Positions 58,615 to 64,000 of a stretch of 64,000 nucleotides of DNA are shown piece by piece (within the stretch, counting starts at the first letter, position 1; every line of letters begins with the position of its first letter). Both the position numbers and the translations under genes were made by a program. Under the pieces are notes generated by a model, which did no database searches, was not told the origin of the DNA, and saw only the letters and a program-made list of their open reading frames with translations. This stretch comes from an uncultured Solirubrobacterales bacterium (GTDB taxonomy: Bacteria; Actinomycetota; Thermoleophilia; Solirubrobacterales; 70-9): NCBI GenBank assembly GCA_963705635.1, contig CAVPKH010000001.1:594395-658394 (forward strand), in the 5' to 3' direction.

Positions 58615-59528
58615 CGCCGCGCTCCGACCTTGTTGGCGAGGGTGCCGATGCCGTCGATCTCCAGCTCGACCGTCTGCCCCGGCTTGATCCAGCGGTCGAG
58701 CTCCAGCCCGCAGCAGCCGGGCATCGTCCCGGTCGAGACGATGTCGCCGACGTCGAGCCGCTCGCCGGCCGAGGCGTGGGCGAGCATCGTGCCGACGTCG
58801 TGGGCGGCTCCGGCCGTGGCGCCCTCGCACCAGACCTCGCCGTCGACTCGCACCCGCCCGGTCACCGACTGCCAGTCGGGAAGCTCGTCGGCGCTGAGCA
58901 CATCGGCGCCGATCGAGTTGGCGAAGGTCTTCGACTTGACCGCCGGTCCGAAGACGCCGTGGCGGACCTCGTCGGCCTGAACGTCGCGGGCGCTCCAGTC
59001 GTTGAGCACGAACCAGCCACCGATCGCCTCGCGTGCTTCTGTTGGAGTGGCATCGGCGAGGGGGCGGGCGAGCACGAAGGCGAGCTCCAGCTCGAAGTCG
59101 AGGTAGGAAGTATGTGAGGGCCAGGGCATCGCCTCGCCATCGGCCAGCATCGCCGTGTGGTTGCCGAGGTAGAAGGCGGGCGTCTCGTAGAAGCTGGCCT
59201 TGGGCTTGAAGGGCGGGAACGTCCTGCCGGTGACCCGCTCGAAGCCGGCGGCGAGGCGCTGGACCGGGCGCGGGAAGAAGCGCTTGACCAGCATCCGCGC
59301 CGATCCCTCGTAGTGCGAGGGCCAGAGGCTGAAAGCGCGCATCGAGCGCGGCGCGAAGGGGAGGCCAGCGGTTGCGGGATCGATTGCGGCACTCTCGTCA
59401 TCGGCCGCCGCCTCGAGGTGGGCGGCAACTTCGGCTTGTCCATCGGCGCCCCTGGCGAGCAGCGCCAGCATGTCGCCGGCCTGCGGCAGTGAGACCCAGC
59501 GCCCGCGCTCCGGGTCCTCGACGATCAC
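58611..59528 (-). CDS. Fumarylacetoacetate hydrolase (FAH) family protein
   Basis: Track ORF of 305 aa: LDFELELAFVL, GWFVLNDWSARD, GDIVSTGT. Confidence 0.8.
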   Translation of the reverse strand: MIVEDPERGRWVSLPQAGDMLALLARGADGQAEVAAHLEAAADDESAAIDPATAGLPFAPRSMRAFSLWPSHYEGSARMLVKRFFPRPVQRLAAGFERVTGRTFPPFKPKASFYETPAFYLGNHTAMLADGEAMPWPSHTSYLDFELELAFVLARPLADATPTEAREAIGGWFVLNDWSARDVQADEVRHGVFGPAVKSKTFANSIGADVLSADELPDWQSVTGRVRVDGEVWCEGATAGAAHDVGTMLAHASAGERLDVGDIVSTGTMPGCCGLELDRWIKPGQTVELEIDGIGTLANKVGARR

Positions 59529-59602
59529 TCCCTGGGGTGTGTTTCTCAGCTTCAGACTGGCCGATTATGGCTCTCGGCGGCCTCGGGCGCGGCTCTGAGC
59601 TT

Positions 59603-59686
59603 GGCAGGCAAGGACGCAGGGAGGTCGACAAGGGGAGCGCACGTCTAGTGCGTGACCCGCAGGCGACCGACTGAGGACGCCGCATG
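59603..59686. repeat. Conserved-core intergenic element, inverted orientation (FAH operon / mfd divergent spacer)
   Basis: The reverse complement reads catgcggcgtcctcagtcggtcgc...hairpin cgcac-tagac-gtgcg...ctccctgcgtccttgcctgcc, with the same terminal blocks as at 19.1, 41.4 and 55.3 kb. Confidence 0.6.
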
Positions 59687-59688
59687 GC

Positions 59689-63108
<3,420 letters not shown>

Positions 63109-63162
63109 GCCGCGAAGCGCGGCAGCCCGCATGTCGAGCATTTGATTTATGCTGCCCGATCG

Positions 63163-64000
63163 GTGGCATCGAATCAGCGGCAAGGGAGGAAGTCGGCCGG
63201 GCTACAGCGGCTTGCGCTGCTCGCCTTCGCGGCCCTTTTCATCCTCCTCTTCGTCATCTTCGCGATCGCCCAGGGGATCGGCAATCCCAGCGTGCCCTCC
63301 GATGCGGTGGCGATCGTCGAAGACGCTCCCGAGGGCCTCGGGACGATCACCGACGCTGACTTCGAGCACGCGCTCGCCCAGACGGCTGCCAAAGGGCAGA
63401 TCAGCCCCGTCCCCAAACCGGGCGACAAGAAATACGACGAATTGAAGGAAACGGCGCTGGAAGAAGTCCTGGACGGGATTTGGATCCAGGGCGAGGCGGC
63501 CGAAATGGGCTTCTCGGTGACGAAATCAGAAGTCGCCAAAGAACTCGAAAAACTGAAAAAACAGGCCTTCAAAACGGAAGCGCAGTACCAGGAATTCCTC
63601 AAAGAAGCGCACTACACGACCGCTGACGTCACCGAACGCGTGAAGGTTCAGATGCTCAGCAAAAAGATCGAAGACACGATCACCGAAGGCGCGTCGCAGC
63701 CGAGCACGGCTGAAATCAAGAACTACTACGAAGCGGCGAAGGCCAGCCAGTACACGACTCCCGAATCGCGCGAAGTCCGCCTGATCAAGAACCAAGACAA
63801 GGCGAAGGTCGAAGCCGCCAAGGCCGAGCTGGAAAAAGACGACTCGGTGAAAAGCTGGGAAACGGTCGCGAAGAAATACTCGACCGATACGACCAAAGGC
63901 AGCGGCGGCTTGCTCTCGAGCGTCGCCGACGGCCAGGAACCCGAACCGCTCGGCGGCGCCATCTACGACGCCGATCAGGGCGACCTCGAAGGGCCGCTCA
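63163..64000 (+). CDS. SurA-N/PpiC-type peptidyl-prolyl isomerase-like exported protein; 3' end runs off the window
   Basis: Not in the ORF track because there is no stop in the window. My translation: ...QGRKSAGLQRLALLAFAALFILLFVIFAIAQGIGNPSVPSDAVAIVEDAP...YDELKETALEEVLDGIWIQGEAAEMGFSVTKSEVAKELEKLKKQAF...SREVRLIKNQDKAKVEAAKAELEK. The start is uncertain (GTG 63163 or TTG 63142). Track ORF 63149..63445 is in the wrong frame. Confidence 0.7.
   Translation, partial: MASNQRQGRKSAGLQRLALLAFAALFILLFVIFAIAQGIGNPSVPSDAVAIVEDAPEGLGTITDADFEHALAQTAAKGQISPVPKPGDKKYDELKETALEEVLDGIWIQGEAAEMGFSVTKSEVAKELEKLKKQAFKTEAQYQEFLKEAHYTTADVTERVKVQMLSKKIEDTITEGASQPSTAEIKNYYEAAKASQYTTPESREVRLIKNQDKAKVEAAKAELEKDDSVKSWETVAKKYSTDTTKGSGGLLSSVADGQEPEPLGGAIYDADQGDLEGPL

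Noticed and set aside
63149-63445. Track ORF MLPDRWHRISGKGGSRPGY... immediately after mfd.
   Set aside because: It is in the wrong frame. The adjacent frame gives a signal-anchor helix and a SurA/PpiC-like sequence that stays open to the window end, and the track ORF has Ser/Arg/Pro-rich off-frame character.

Overview
The window is a very GC-rich bacterial chromosomal segment; codon third positions are almost all G/C by eye, and I did not compute GC content. Gene content and protein style fit a high-GC actinobacterium, possibly Thermoleophilia- or Rubrobacteria-like, but that placement is only a guess.

Most of the window is core housekeeping:
- a non-classical succinate dehydrogenase (sdhA, sdhB and an HdrB-like CCG subunit), icd and mdh
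- hsp20 and lon
- glyQS, an LCP-family gene, a ROK kinase, rsmI and metG
- tatD, rsmA and ispE
- the conserved glmU-prs-rplY-pth-(ech)-mfd neighbourhood
- one tRNA-Gln(UUG)

Accessory content is modest:
- lipid-modifying genes: an acyl-CoA desaturase, a fatty-acid hydroxylase, an R2-like di-iron/SCP2 fusion next to an acyl-CoA ligase, and an MMPL transporter
- two TetR and two PucR regulators
- two FKBP lipoproteins
- a DedA-PAP2 fusion
- an operon encoding an FAH-family protein, a membrane protein, a deacetylase and a GMC oxidoreductase

I found no integrase, transposase, CRISPR array, toxin-antitoxin pair or recognisable defence gene, and I cannot point to a clear novel multi-gene system.

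Features the gene list does not explain:
1. Six frame disruptions and two CTG start positions in conserved genes, all confined to about 49.7-56.2 kb.
2. Several families of intergenic palindromic or mosaic repeats. Their locus-specific arms often contain the neighbouring stop codons.
3. An 18-20 nt motif (TGACAGGACCCGCGCGCC) upstream of both glmU and hsp20.
4. A decayed repeat-encoding ORF at about 40.1-40.5 kb.
5. A GAA/AAA codon preference restricted to a few exported-protein genes.
6. An AT-hook plus winged-helix protein.

All calls come from reading the sequence and the ORF track. No database search was run.
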